Source: Lama glama (taxonomy: Eukaryota). From it: DNA of 64,000 nucleotides. Below are positions 1-12,048 of the stretch, piece after piece. The stretch lies in contig CM052823.1 of assembly GCA_028534125.1 (NCBI GenBank), positions 83,266,001 to 83,330,000 on the forward strand, in the 5' to 3' direction. The first letter of the stretch is position 1; every line of letters begins with the position of its first letter. The notes under the pieces are model-generated. The model was not told the DNA's origin and searched no databases. It saw only the letters and a list, made by a program, of their open reading frames with translations. The translations under genes and the position numbers were made by a program.

Positions 1-44
1 TGAAACTACTGCTTTAGCTGCTGGGCAGAAGGGGCCTGCATCAT

Positions 45-96
45 GGTATTGGCACCCTGCATACAGTAAGTGCTCAATAAATGTTAATAAGTTGAA
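45..96 (+). mobile_element. L2/MIR 3'-end fragment
   Basis: catacagtaagtgctcaataaatgttaataagttgaa matches the shared L2/MIR 3' terminus (cacatagtaggtgctcaataaat...). Confidence 0.6.
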
Positions 97-764
97 CAGA
101 AATACTAAAGGCGGACCCACCCCAAGGGCACTGCCGCCTCTTCACAAGGTCTTCTTAGCTCCTAAGTCCTGACAGTGCAGAAAAGCCATGCCACGCCTTC
201 AACAGAGACAAAGGCACCTGCCCACACAGGGCTCCTGCCATTGTGTTTGGCCAAACCGCAGAACTGAGGAGCTGGCCTTGGGCCACTCTTCCCACTTCTT
301 GTCTCTTTCTTAGCCCTTTCCTCAAGATCCAGCTCAGGCCCTTCTCCCCATGACCCCCTATTCTCAGCTCCTCCCGCTTCTCAGCGACGCTGCACAGCTG
401 AGTCTGCATCTCATGAGGAACGTACAGGGTCAGCAGGCCCTTTCACCTTCTGCGAGGGTCCCCTCTCTCCTCTTTTGGGTGATGAGGCCCAGGAGGGCCA
501 GGCAGTGGCTCCGGGCCAGGAATGCCAATGGTTCCAGTCCCCACACCCAAAGCGAGCGGCCCAGATGCCAATCAAAGGAAGAAAAGTAATCACTTCTGCT
601 CCTTTAGCTGGAAAGCGGCATTTCTCCGGAGTGGTGTTTCCCGGGAGAGGCCTCTGGGAGCCCTGAAAATCAGGTCCGGCCAAAAAGATGAACCGTCTAA
701 CCCAGCACAGTGTGGAAGCCGACCAAGGTCAGTGCAGAGCAGGGAGGCGGGGCACCGCTGGCCG

Positions 765-895
765 GGATGGGGGCATGGAAGAGGTCTCAGAGGAGGGGAC
801 CTGGAGCAGAGTGTTGAGAAGAAAAGGAGTAAGCCCAGTAGAGAAGATCAGAGAGGATGCTTCCGGCAGAGGGAACAGCCTGGATAAAGGCTCGG
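765..895 (-). mobile_element. L2 LINE fragment
   Basis: gaggtctcagaggaggggacctggagcagagtgttgagaa...ttccggcagagggaacagcctggataaaggc is typical of antisense L2. Confidence 0.65.
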
Positions 896-1840
896 CATGT
901 CTGTGGCCACTGCTCCTCTGACGGGCAGCCTCCCAGCGTCCCTGGGCAGCAGGGGCATTTCACGTGTGTATTAATTTATGTGTTCAGTGTCCACATGGCA
1001 TTCATATCTGCAGTAATGATCACGGTACACCCTTTCCTTTCCCTAACCCTAGGGAGGTGTCAGGAGCTCCGTGTCTACAGGGAAACGCTGTCTCCATCCC
1101 TGAGGGTGAGCATCCCCTTGCTGCTGACCAAGGTCCGGGGGCATGCTCCCTTCAAAAACCCTGTGATAAAGTACGTGGTAGAACAAGGCGTCCCGCTTCT
1201 TGGGAGCTCTTTTTCCATACTGGATTCTTCTGGTTTATTACAATCATCTGATTATGACAGAATTTACACTTCCAGTATTTTACCAGAGATAAGACGCACA
1301 AATGATCATAATATAAAAGGTGAAGAGCGGGCTCAGATCAGACACGTCCGCGTGAAGACCTGCAGGACACAGCTGGCAGCACCACACGTCACCACACGTC
1401 ACTCACGGGCACTGCCAACAACAAAGCTCCCCTTGGACGCTAAGTCACATTCGATGCCTTCACATTGCGGCACTGCTGTGGTTCCTAAATAGAAATTCAG
1501 TCTCCGCAGGAGAAAGAGTCCCTTCATCTTGGGTGATCTTACTTCATAAAAAGCAAGCTTGCAAAAAAAAATAAAAGATGGGGGTGGACGAAGAAGACAG
1601 AAGACAGCCACTGCCCCGTGAGATCACGCTGGAGTATTTCCTGTCTCTCGTGTGATTTGATAAAGCGAAAGTTGTGTAATCTAGAACCTGGTGTAGAGAA
1701 GACGCTGAACATGTTTTATCTTTTATTATCTAAATGTGAAGAATCAATCAGACAAGGTTGCCTGACCTTGAACAAAAGGGATTTCTGTACAGCAACACGA
1801 TCAACTAACAGTTTAATAAAATATAAAATAATATCTCAGA

Positions 1841-2056
1841 ATCAGACTGGCCGGGTTAAAATCTCTGGTCTCCTATTTACTAGCTGTATGTCCTTGGAAA
1901 AGCTCTCAAAAATTTCCAAAGCTTCATTCTCCTCATCTGTAAAATGGGTTTATTTACCTCCATATTTCTGCTGGGGGAATTGGACCATTAATGCATATCA
2001 AGTGTTTAGCGCACGGTCTGGCACATGGCATGTGCTCAACAGATGTTAACTATTAT
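1841..2056 (+). mobile_element. MIR SINE, near full length
   Basis: tttactagctgtatgtccttgg, core ctcctcatctgtaaaatggg, 3' end ctggcacatggcatgtgctcaacagatgttaactattat. Confidence 0.9.
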
Positions 2057-2220
2057 GAACATAAAAGAGTAAGAACACTGAGTGACAAGCTTTTCAACCT
2101 AAGAATACCTAGGCGATTCCAAGTCGAGTTTCCTGTGAGAACAGTGAAAAATGAGCCAGGGTTGCAAAAGGAAGAAAGAGAATGTTTGGCTCAAGTTGCT
2201 AACAATGGAAAACGCTGGGA

Positions 2221-2375
2221 GAGCCAAGTTCGAGTCCCGGTCCTGAAGAGCCCTTCTGGGAAGCCTTGGGCACCACACTTCACCTTGCTGGGCCTCCCGC
2301 TACCTTCAGAGTAAGGCTTGGGCAGAGTTACAGCCGGATAATGTCTCAGGCCCCTTCCAGCCGTAACATTCTGGA
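2221..2375 (+). mobile_element. MIR3/MIRc-like SINE fragment
   Basis: B-box-like gttcgagtcc, ccttgggcaccacacttcacc, and 3' end tctcaggccccttccagccgtaacattct. Confidence 0.6.
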
Positions 2376-2819
2376 GTCAACCTCCAGGGCAGCTGTGATG
2401 ACAAGGGTCAACACAGTACATTTCACAAACCATAATTAGAGGACAGTGTGATGGGGCCTATTGGCTGCATTATGTAATTAGCCCTCTGCCTCCAGGGAGG
2501 GAGTGCCTGGGTACAATTATGCAATCACACACTGAAAAGAAAGGCACGAATGCAGGACGAATCCCTGAGAAAAACAACTGTGATTCCTTTGAGCCACGGC
2601 TGCCTCCTAAGAACGCTGTTCGGGTACCTTTCTAGCACCAAATATTTGAATAGCTCTTTATTTCTGTAATATCCTGCTCTACAAAGGGCACATTTACATG
2701 GCCCATTCTTATTGGCTGGCTATTGAACTGGTGAGCTACATCGCATTACACCTGTCCTGTAACCTGGTACCCACCACAGAGCCTAAAATCCTAATGCAAA
2801 CTTTAGGATTTTCCAACTT

Positions 2820-2876
2820 TAGAGTACCTGGGAGTCACCTAGGGGGCTTGATAAAAGAGCAGACCCTCTCCCCTCC
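2820..2876 (+). mobile_element. MER5-like hAT-Charlie fragment
   Basis: gagtcacctagggggcttgataaaagagcagaccc resembles MER5A gaatcacctggggagcttgttaaaaatgcaga. Confidence 0.45.
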
Positions 2877-3404
2877 ATGCTGATTGTGTGCACCTACTGT
2901 GGCACCCGGCGATGTGCTGTGTTAACAGTCTCTGCAATTCCTCTGGTATCAGTGGTCAACACTGTGAAAACCACCCTGAGATTCATCAATAGCTTTGTGG
3001 AGACCATGAGGATGGCTGAGCCACCACCATTACCCGAGCGGAGGCTCCTGCGTGGCCCCTCATGATCAGGGAGCAAGAAAAACGCACACACAATCTGTCC
3101 ATCCCCTTTCCTGGCTCAGGAGTGCAGCTGTAGATTTCCTCAGATTTAAGCCAACTTGGGAGCAGTAAGTCCTCCCAAGTTTGCCACCCTAGCCCTTGCC
3201 CCCCATACCTGATGCTGCCTCATTGCTTGCCCTGAGCTACTCACTTTTTCAGGTCTCTCCCAGGATACCACCCCCATCGCCCAGGATAAAAAAGGATCAC
3301 TCAAGGTCCCCAGTATGTCAAGCTTGGAGAATCAGAGTCCAAAGCAATTTCGTCAACATTGTATTTAAGACTCCAGGACGTTTCACAAATTAATGTTAGT
3401 GGTA

Positions 3405-3890
3405 TCATTCAAAGCTCAGCTGACAAAGGTCACCTCTTCTAGGAAGCCGTCCTTGAAGACAGCCCCTCTCCCTGTCGTCTGTTTTGGACTGCCTTTCCAG
3501 TCAATAACAAAACTTTCACCACAGGTAGCAGGAATCGAAACACACCGTAACTGTTTTAGACTATGAGCTCCTTGCAGGTGGGTACCACATGTGTATCAGC
3601 TTTACATCCTCAGCTCCCCTCTGCCTAGCCTGGTTCACTTCCTCATGATCTGGGATAAACTGTCTTTGCCCCAGAAAGCCTTCCCAGACCCAAGGCAAAC
3701 CTCCTCACAGTACAGACGCTCACAGCACACCGTCTTCCTCTCCTCTGCAACGAGTCACGCAGCTGCCGTTTTCCGTGTGTTTTAGTGACCAGTTGATCGA
3801 TGTCTCCATTCCCTGTGAGCTCCAGGAAGGCAACAAAGGGGGTTAACACAAAGTACCCCCAAATATCTCCTGAACACATGAATGATTCAG
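3405..3890 (+). mobile_element. L2 LINE 3' fragments (two adjacent pieces)
   Basis: gtcacctcttctaggaagccgtccttga; tagactatgagctccttgcaggtggg; agaaagccttcccagacc; ctgtgagctccaggaaggca; ...tgaacacatgaatga tail. Confidence 0.65.
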
Positions 3891-4697
3891 AGGAGAGGGT
3901 GGCTAGAGGCTGTGGGGTACTCTGACAGGCTGTTTGATCTTGGTGGCTTCCTGCTCTTTCATTGAAGGAATCCAGTTTAAACCCCAAGCTAGTACAAGTT
4001 TGACTCCAAAATTGGGAGAAAGGGCCTCTCTGAGCACAATAATGGTACATGAAGACTTTATTTTTATTGCGTAATTCATTGCCTTCATACAAGACTCTGG
4101 TCATAATTCTGTGGTCTGACTGTATTTCATATTTTCCAGTGACTTCTCTGCTCTACCCAAAAAGCAGGGAATTTCTCTCTCCACCATGGCTGGTGTTCCC
4201 TTCAAGGATGGTTGCAGGTTGGGTGACGTACTCTTGTAGGAGGCCAGTGACCGAATCCAAGTTCCATTTCTGGAGTAGAGGTTTTGGGCCTTTCAGTTGT
4301 GCCGACTCGTCTGAGACATTTACTAAGTCTAGTGGGGTGTTTTGTTTTGTTTTAAGGACTCATTCTGAAGTCCACTGGCTCTCAGCTACACTTCGATTCC
4401 AACATGAGCTGCCCATTTTTACCCATAATTCATCAGCTTTCAACAGAGGTTAATGCCTCTCTGGTGGTAGACAGGCCCTGTGGAACCAGAGATGGACAGG
4501 AATGTACAGGATGCTCGCCAGCCCTGGTAACACCTCAGAACTAAAACTCGAGAATATTAAGGATTCACTATACAATTTAAATTTCTCCAGGAGAAACCGG
4601 CTTTTGTTTGTTTAAGCATACAATAAAGATCCGGGCAGCCCAGACCTGTGCAGTAGTGACGAGAAAAGGCATATTCCTCAAGAACACAGAACATCTT

Positions 4698-4794
4698 GGA
4701 GGGTACAGCGCAGTGGGAGAGCACGTGCTCAGCATGCACGAAGTCCTGGGTTCAATCCCCAGCACCTCCATTTCAAAAAACAAAAATCAAAAAA
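4698..4794 (+). mobile_element. tRNA-Ala-derived SINE, Vic-1 type (camelid)
   Basis: ggagggtacagcgcagtgggagagcacgtgctcagcatgcacgaagtcctgggttcaatccccagcacctccatt followed by an A-rich tail; degenerate A box (4706-4716), B box ggttcaatcc (4749-4758), AGC anticodon remnant (4731-4733); flanks aacacagaacatct / aacatggaacagtct look like a decayed TSD. Confidence 0.88.
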
Positions 4795-7148
4795 CATGGA
4801 ACAGTCTCTCAAGAAGTTCCAGGACTCTTAAAACCAAGTATGTGAAAATGTGGTTTCTCAAGTCCAAAGGACCCAAATCTTCCTTCTTCTAGCCTATGCT
4901 GTGAAAGGACAGAGTTAATAAGACCAAAAAAGGGGGGGGAGGGGGCGGGTGGTGGATAGGACAGGCCTTAGAGCACCATCATTTTGGCAGACGCATTAGG
5001 GAACAATTGTGGAAGGTCCTGAGGGCACATCCTGACTTCAGTGTCAAAAGGCCCAAGGTTAGTCCACATGCTTTAGCTCCCTCTAGTCAACCATTATTGA
5101 CAGCTGTACGCATCAGTCTAAACTTGCAAACTCTGATTTTTAACCGGTACAACTTGATTTAAATGTGCTTCTGTCAAACTTCATTATAATTAATTACAAT
5201 AAAAATGAAACCCTGATGACCTTGATGACAACAAGGGTCACCAAAAATTAAGGCGAGCGTTCCACGTTCCACGTACGCATCGCATGTAATACAATTATAA
5301 AACTCCTGTAAGGCTGTTATTTCCTCCATGTTCAGTTAAGAAAACCAAGGATGAGAATGATTAGGTCAAATGCCTGTAGGTCAGACACATCAGTGGTAGA
5401 ACAAGCGTGCTGCTATCCACCGCACCGCCGGTGCCGGCCTCGAAACCCGGACTGCTCCCAGGTTTGCGGACCACATCTGGGTTCACGCTGCCCTCACCTC
5501 TCATCTCAGACATCTTCATCCCATTCACTCCAGTTTCCCGGATGAAGGGTACCAGCTTCATCTGTGTGCTCTCGCGGTATATCTCAAACCGCTTAGCTAC
5601 TTTATCCCGATGCTTTCTTGGTCGTATCAGGTTATTCTTAAAGCGTCTTGGTCCAGCTGTAAGTTGTATTATAAATGGCCAGAGACATGCTTTCGATTTT
5701 GATGCTGGCATCCCGCATGCTCACATCCAGTCTGCCTTGCTGACCATAACCACAATTTGGGTGGTCTTCAGAGAGCTGCCTACAATGACACATAAACCCA
5801 TTTAATGGGTTATTGCCTGTAATTCTGGCTGCTCATCGCCAAGTGCAATTTGAGTTATTTTTCCCCATATGCTTTGTTTATACAGATGCTCTTTTGCCTC
5901 TTTGCAGCACACTTGGCCCAGGGCAGCTCAGTATTTCACTGTCAGAAAGACCCAGAAGTTTCACCACACACAGGATTACATAAAAGTGTTTAACTGCATC
6001 GGCCCTAACCAATGCACTGTTTATGGTTCTCCATTCAGAGCAGTGGCATTGTTTCTCTACCCACCGCTTCTTGTCTCTAAGATAGTCCCCACCTCTGAGG
6101 CTGCTTCCTCTGACATCACGTTCATCGACAACTGTCGTGGGAGCAAATATCTGGGAAAATCTGCTATGTCAATTGCATTTATTCACCAAATTCTCATGAC
6201 AGTTGCTCGACTGTTCCACGTTCTTCGACACCTTAGACTTGGCTTTGACTTAGGAATATTTCATTGTGCTGTGCATCTAAGTCTGTACAACTGTCCTGCA
6301 AACCTGAGACACCCTTGCAGTCAATACAGACCTTTCTGGGAAGAACGAGATTATTTCACCCACATGGAGAGTCCTTGCTACTGGGAATGACCACACTGAA
6401 GCACGTATCTGTGCAGTCCTGTCCTTTACCTCTGGATTTAGCAGCTCATCACCAATAAAATGGCAAGATTTTCTTGGGCACACAAGCAGTTAAAGCCTTT
6501 CCTCCATTGGATAAGATGCAAAAACAAGTACTCTTAAAAAAAAACCCACAAAGAAATTAGTTTGATAATGAAAAAAATCACTGAAAGCAATTTATGAACC
6601 ATTCCCCTGACAGTATATAAACTCTTAACATACTGTACATAATTGAGGGTCGGTCTTTGATTCCTCCCTTCTAATCACACGTTTTTCTAGCAACAATACT
6701 GACACCTGAATCTCTTTCTCATCGTTTCAGAAGGAAACACAGTAGAAACACGGTTACGCACTGAAAGAAGCTAATAGCTTGTACTGTTTTGTCAAAGGAA
6801 TGCCTCTGGTAATTTAAAAAAAAAAGGTTAATCAAGCAATTGTGAAACCAAATATTCACAAAGTCCAAGCACTTGTGTAAACCCTAAATTTGTGCTGTGC
6901 ACCCTGAAGTAAACAAACAATGTGATCACCACAAATAAAAGGGAATTTCAGGGATAATACGATTATTTCTTTAAAAACCATGCAAGCCAAGAAAAAAGTT
7001 TTGTGAAATCAACTTGGGTGGAGGATACAGTAAATGAGGAGCCGTGAGATCCCTCAGGAGAGAAAAGCAGAAAGAAATTGCAGAAAGGATAACAAATTAG
7101 TTTAGCAAAGTCACAGGGAGAGAGGGGCAGACAAAAATAAAGGCAAAG

Positions 7149-7392
7149 NNNNNNNNNNNNNNNNNNNNNNNNNNNNNNNNNNNNNNNNNNNNNNNNNNNN
7201 NNNNNNNNNNNNNNNNNNNNNNNNNNNNNNNNNNNNNNNNNNNNNNNNNNNNNNNNNNNNNNNNNNNNNNNNNNNNNNNNNNNNNNNNNNNNNNNNNNNN
7301 NNNNNNNNNNNNNNNNNNNNNNNNNNNNNNNNNNNNNNNNNNNNNNNNNNNNNNNNNNNNNNNNNNNNNNNNNNNNNNNNNNNNNNNNNNNN
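7149..7392. other. assembly gap (N run)
   Basis: run of n. Confidence 1.
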
Positions 7393-8114
7393 AAGGTGGG
7401 GGGGAGCTCCTCTTGAAATTTTAGGGAGTTTTCAGAAGGTATGCCTACTGATAGATGATGGATTTAAAACTGCTTCTACCCATATCCCCGTTTGAGAGCA
7501 ACTGACTCTAATTAGAAAAACAGGGGTCACGTTAAAGCAAACCCAAAGTCCATTCCCCAAATCAGAACATGCAGCCTCCAAGTTGAGTATCTTGTGTCTT
7601 TGCACTCCTTTCGGGGAATAACACTACGCATTTCATTTTTTTTTAAGTCTACTTTTTCTCCCCTTCTCAGTATTTTATATGTATTAAACCTATCTCCATT
7701 GGGCCAATCAAAATTTGGTCACACTTCATTTCCTGATACAGGTTTTGCATACTTTTTGTCACATTTCACAGAGGCGGAAGCAAAGACAAGAGTCCTTGAT
7801 TTGCAAACATGTAACTTGTGCACGAGTCCGACGCACAAATGGCCAGCACACCCCTGCACGGTGTCCACTCCTTGCCTATAAAGGTGTTCACGAAGAATTG
7901 GCCTTGCCTCTCAAGCTACGCAGCTAAACATCCAGCCACTAGGCACTGCAGAGGTGACCTCAACACTATACCAATGGCCGTGAGCGGCTCCTTAGGAAGT
8001 CCCCATTTCCGTAGATCCTCACCTGAAATCTCTCCAGTGTGGCCGCAGAAGTCGTAGGAGTCACTCATCCTTTGGATGGGTTTTTCCCACAGAAATAAAA
8101 TGTATGCGTACTCC

Positions 8115-8168
8115 TTTGTTCATTCAGCAAACACTTTCTGAATGTCTACTCTGCATCAAATACTGGGT
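8115..8168 (-). mobile_element. L2 3'-end fragment
   Basis: ttgttcattcagcaaacactttctgaatgtctactctgcatcaaatactg is the reverse complement of the L2 tail. Confidence 0.6.
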
Positions 8169-8189
8169 TTCAGCATGTGAATTTTATAT

Positions 8190-8305
8190 ATGAGCAAAAG
8201 CATGGAAAGCTTAGCGACCTGCCTCGGGCCATACAAGTAGTTAGTGCTACAGTTTGGACTCAAAACCCAAGGCCATCTGATACCTAATTCTGTGCTCTTT
8301 CCCCC
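8190..8305 (-). mobile_element. MIR fragment
   Basis: ttagcgacctgcctcgggccatacaagtagttagtgctacagtttggactcaaaacccaaggccatctgatacc...gtgctctt. Confidence 0.7.
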
Positions 8306-9834
8306 ACATCATGTTCCTACATTATGCTTGACACAGAGTCCCATAAGCTAGCTAAGGGGCCCAAAAGCATGCAAAATATAGTTCCTACGGGGAAATAAAT
8401 TCCAAGTGACCGCAAAACTGGGTACAAACTGGACTTTAAGAACATAAGCAATTTATATATTCAGATTCCGTTCTATATTGCTCCTTTCCTTTCTAAATAT
8501 CCCGTGAGTGATGTAATGGTCTCCTCTGCTGAAGTGCCACTCTGTAAATTTTAGGAAACTCAAGTATGTCTTTGATATACACTGGTCCTTTTCGTCCAAA
8601 TACGTACGCTTGAGTCTCACAGCTCTAACCCGTATTCCTACGACCAACTGTTTCTCCCTAATTCAACCCACTGAGAAAAACACAAACCTTGATTCCACTG
8701 GTGTATCTCTGGATTTGAAAAAGGCAAGAAAGGGAACGCAAACAAACCATCTAACCACCAACTCACAATGCACCACCAGGCAAGGGAATCTAAGCTTATT
8801 CTCTGGATTTCAGAATTGGGAGATCAATGTTAACAGCAACAAGTTATTTCAAAGTTAAAGAAATAGCGTTACTAAGTACTGTTCTCCGAACAGTAACAAC
8901 ACGTTCAGAGCTTTGCAGCAGGTAACATCCCCACCGAGTTCCGCAGGGTTTAAGGGAGTCTAAACTCAAAGAGACTGGGGTGGGGCCAGGACACTCAGAC
9001 GGCAACAAGAAACAATTAGTCTCTAGGCAGATTCTCCAATTCTTTCTAGCAATTTTTTTTTTTACTCTAGAAGATATTTATAATTATTGTTTTTTAAAGG
9101 CTCATGATGTCACAGATAACAAACACCAATTGCTCCCAACAGAACTGCAACTACAGTACATGTTTATACGAGCAAATTACTGTTTATACACAGACAGGAT
9201 TACAAATGAGGGAAGAACACTACAAATTGTGGGTTACTGAAAGAAAGCCAAAACATTTCTATTTCTTTCTTTTCATGAAAAAAAATACGATTACCTGGCT
9301 CATGCCCCCTTCTCTCAGTCCCCTCAGTGGACACTGGCACTGACAAGCCTACAAGAAATGTAGGAGTAAGTTTATGTTTTCATGATAGGATTTTAGAACA
9401 CAGGGTTATACCCAGGGTGACGGGAGCAAACTCTGCCATTTCCGTATTGCAAGCTACTCTAAGAACTATTAGGGTAGAAAGACTAAAACTTTATATGCTG
9501 ACCAGAGAGATTATTTATCCCAAGGACCACACACATCTATGACCTTCGAATAAATTCATCTTAAAAGGCTGACCATCTAACAAAACAAACAAAAACAAAA
9601 AGACACCTGAATCTTAACCCAAATTTAGGTTCGTATAAAATGAGGTCTTTTCTCTGTACATTTAGATTAACACAAAATTACTGTAAGCTACATTGTTTTT
9701 GTCTTCTTATTAACAATCATCTATTTAATAAACTAAGCTCTAGTCCTAGAAACAGTCATCTTGTGAACCAACATAAGATCAGGACAGGCATCTATCTCAG
9801 GCTACCATATGACCCTCAGAAGGGCTGAGGGATC

Positions 9835-9925
9835 ACAGAAATAATATCTTGTTGGTTCTAATATCGTTTTGAGGATTAAATGCATTAGCGCATGTCAAGC
9901 ACTCAGGGCAGGGTGTGGACCATAG
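9835..9925 (+). mobile_element. MIR 3' fragment
   Basis: gttttgaggattaaatgcattagcgcatgtcaagcactcagg resembles MIR gttgtgaggattaaatgagttaatacatgtaaagcgctt. Confidence 0.55.
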
Positions 9926-11357
9926 CAGAAGAGTTGCAATAATGTCACGGTCCAGTGTTTCCTATCCCCTGGAGTTCCAGGAAAAGTCACTTCCAAGAAT
10001 CTATGTCTAGACAGACCCAAAGTGGTTCTATGGCAAACAAAGGGAAGACTTTTATAAAGGTACGTCTTCCCGTCCACTCCTTGCCACCATCAAAGGCATC
10101 TTTCTTTCACTCATGGCAGAAAAGAAGCTGAACTAGCGTGGGCAGGGCATGTGTGCGCTGAACTACAGCTGGCCAAGGCCTGGAAACGACCCCTTCTCTG
10201 TTGCTTCTCTGCTTTCAGTGGCCCCTCTGAGCATCTTGGTGAGAGTCACATGCTAAAGGGCTCTTATTGGGTGGTGAGGCGATGTAGAGGGCAGCTAGCA
10301 GGTGTACCATTTGTCACAACTTCCTCACTGCTCCTTACAACTTTAAACCAAGACACTCAATGACCCTGTGGGATTATGAGCAGCTCGCATCTCCAAGCAC
10401 GGACTCTCTCTGGGTTGGAACGGATGTGAAAAGTGGTGCAGACCAGCGCCTTGCAGCAGCAGCAGCAGGCAACGCTTGGTGGCTCTAGTTTCTCAGATGG
10501 CATGAACTGCCTGGCAACAGCACCACTGCTTCTCTTGGAGGGCTGTGACCTGCCTCAACCCAAGGGGGTTTCAATGACACCGGCCTGGGGGATAAAGGGA
10601 AATGGACTTGCGGAGAGCCCCGAGAAGAACCCAGAACGGAAATTTTCCTGTTTGCCGGGTATCCGAGTTAAATATTGAGTAGGAACTGGACATGCTGCCT
10701 TCTCAAGCTACTTCTTATGTCAATATTAGACTTTACTTATCTTCCAATTAGGGACAGGCAATCCATGGTACACCTACTTTAAAAGAAAAAAAAAACTGTT
10801 GAGGTTTTCTGGAGTTACTCAGTATCCGCGTTTTCCCACCACAAATGCCAGCCATTGCCAAAGTCATTGCTAAATTTCAATGGTATCAAACTCATTCATT
10901 TTCCAAAATATCAGCCAGTCCTTTTTGATGAGTGGAAAACATGGTTTTTTAGTTTCTTACCACCAAAGCTTTGCCTGACTACTCATAATGGAGCATCACC
11001 ATGAAACGTGGATGACAGAAAGGCTCCAGTAACTTCCTACTCTAGAACATTGCTACCAACAGAAAGGAGCCTAGGGCCAAACTGCCAAGCGCGTGCTCGC
11101 TGTCATCACGAGAAGCAAAGAAAGCTCCACCAGGACCAGTCGTGCTAACACACTCTGATCTCACGTCTTCTTGGGAACTCCTGAAAGGAGAAACCTGCAC
11201 CTTTCTACGTAGCCTCGGCTGCAGTACTTAATGTATTCATGCTACCGTTTCCCTGCAGACCTGAGAAAATAAGACCAAAGAATGACAGCAGTGATGTCCA
11301 CTGGGGAAACCACTGGAGGAATTAAAACTATCCACAAGTCACTCATAAAGGAGTTAG

Positions 11358-11445
11358 GTAATTCAAGAATATACACTGAGTACCTACTGTGCACTGGACC
11401 CTGCCCTGAAGTGGCCAAAGGTCCACTGAGTGATACATACATGGA
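11358..11445 (-). mobile_element. L2 3'-end fragment
   Basis: attcaagaatatacactgagtacctactgtgcactggaccctgccct. Confidence 0.55.
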
Positions 11446-11809
11446 AACAGACGTGGGCTATGGGCAATCATTCTGTTAGTCCAGGAAGAAATCATTGCTT
11501 CTAAACTAAAACAGGCAGCACATCTACAAATGGGTCTAAAGTTATTCTTGGCTGCAAATCTGTTCTTTGGCCTGAAATTGATTCTACTATTGAAATGCCC
11601 ATAAAGAAGCAGATTATGTCTACCAGTTCCTTACAATTTATCCAAATCAGCCTCCTTCCACCCAGCTACTTTCCTTCCCAGAGGAACAGGTAAAAGTTCT
11701 CATTATCTTACTGGACTATTCCAGACAGAAGTGTCACGAAGCTGGTAGACCTCTGGGAATGTTTCTCACTGTTTAAGCTCAATCTCCTTTACCTCAGGTG
11801 AGGTAAAGG

Positions 11810-12048
11810 CTGTGATTTCCAAGACTTGGGCTCCAACAAAGTCACAGGAAAGCCACAGAATATTTAAAAATTTTCAGAGTGATATAGTGACAACATCTGT
11901 CAGACAAGACAGAACAGAAACTGTTAATATTAAGTTCACTGAAACTAACTATTAATAAACAGAACTGTATGTATCTCTCTTGGTCTAGGGAGTGAAAAAG
12001 TTACTGAGACACAAAGGTCCCATGAGTTGAGAAAGTTTGGGGACCTTG
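11810..12048. mobile_element. hAT-Charlie-type non-autonomous DNA transposon (family uncertain)
   Basis: degenerate terminal inverted repeats ctgtgatttccaagactt ... aagtttggggaccttg around an AT-rich interior. Confidence 0.5.

Noticed and set aside
857-1492. 211-aa + strand ORF, the longest gap-free ORF
   Set aside because: It begins inside an L2 fragment, has no recognisable domain or supporting splice or promoter context, and its length is within chance for 64 kb
4698-4770. tRNA-Ala gene
   Set aside because: Degenerate A box, A-rich tail and TSD-like flanks indicate a SINE rather than a functional tRNA
5869-6390. 173-aa + strand ORF with an upstream acceptor-like ctctttgcag
   Set aside because: No recognisable homology, no partner exons; better explained as non-coding unique sequence
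10454-10468. (CAG)5 / poly-Q in ORF 10433-10678
   Set aside because: Too short, and the ORF has no coding support
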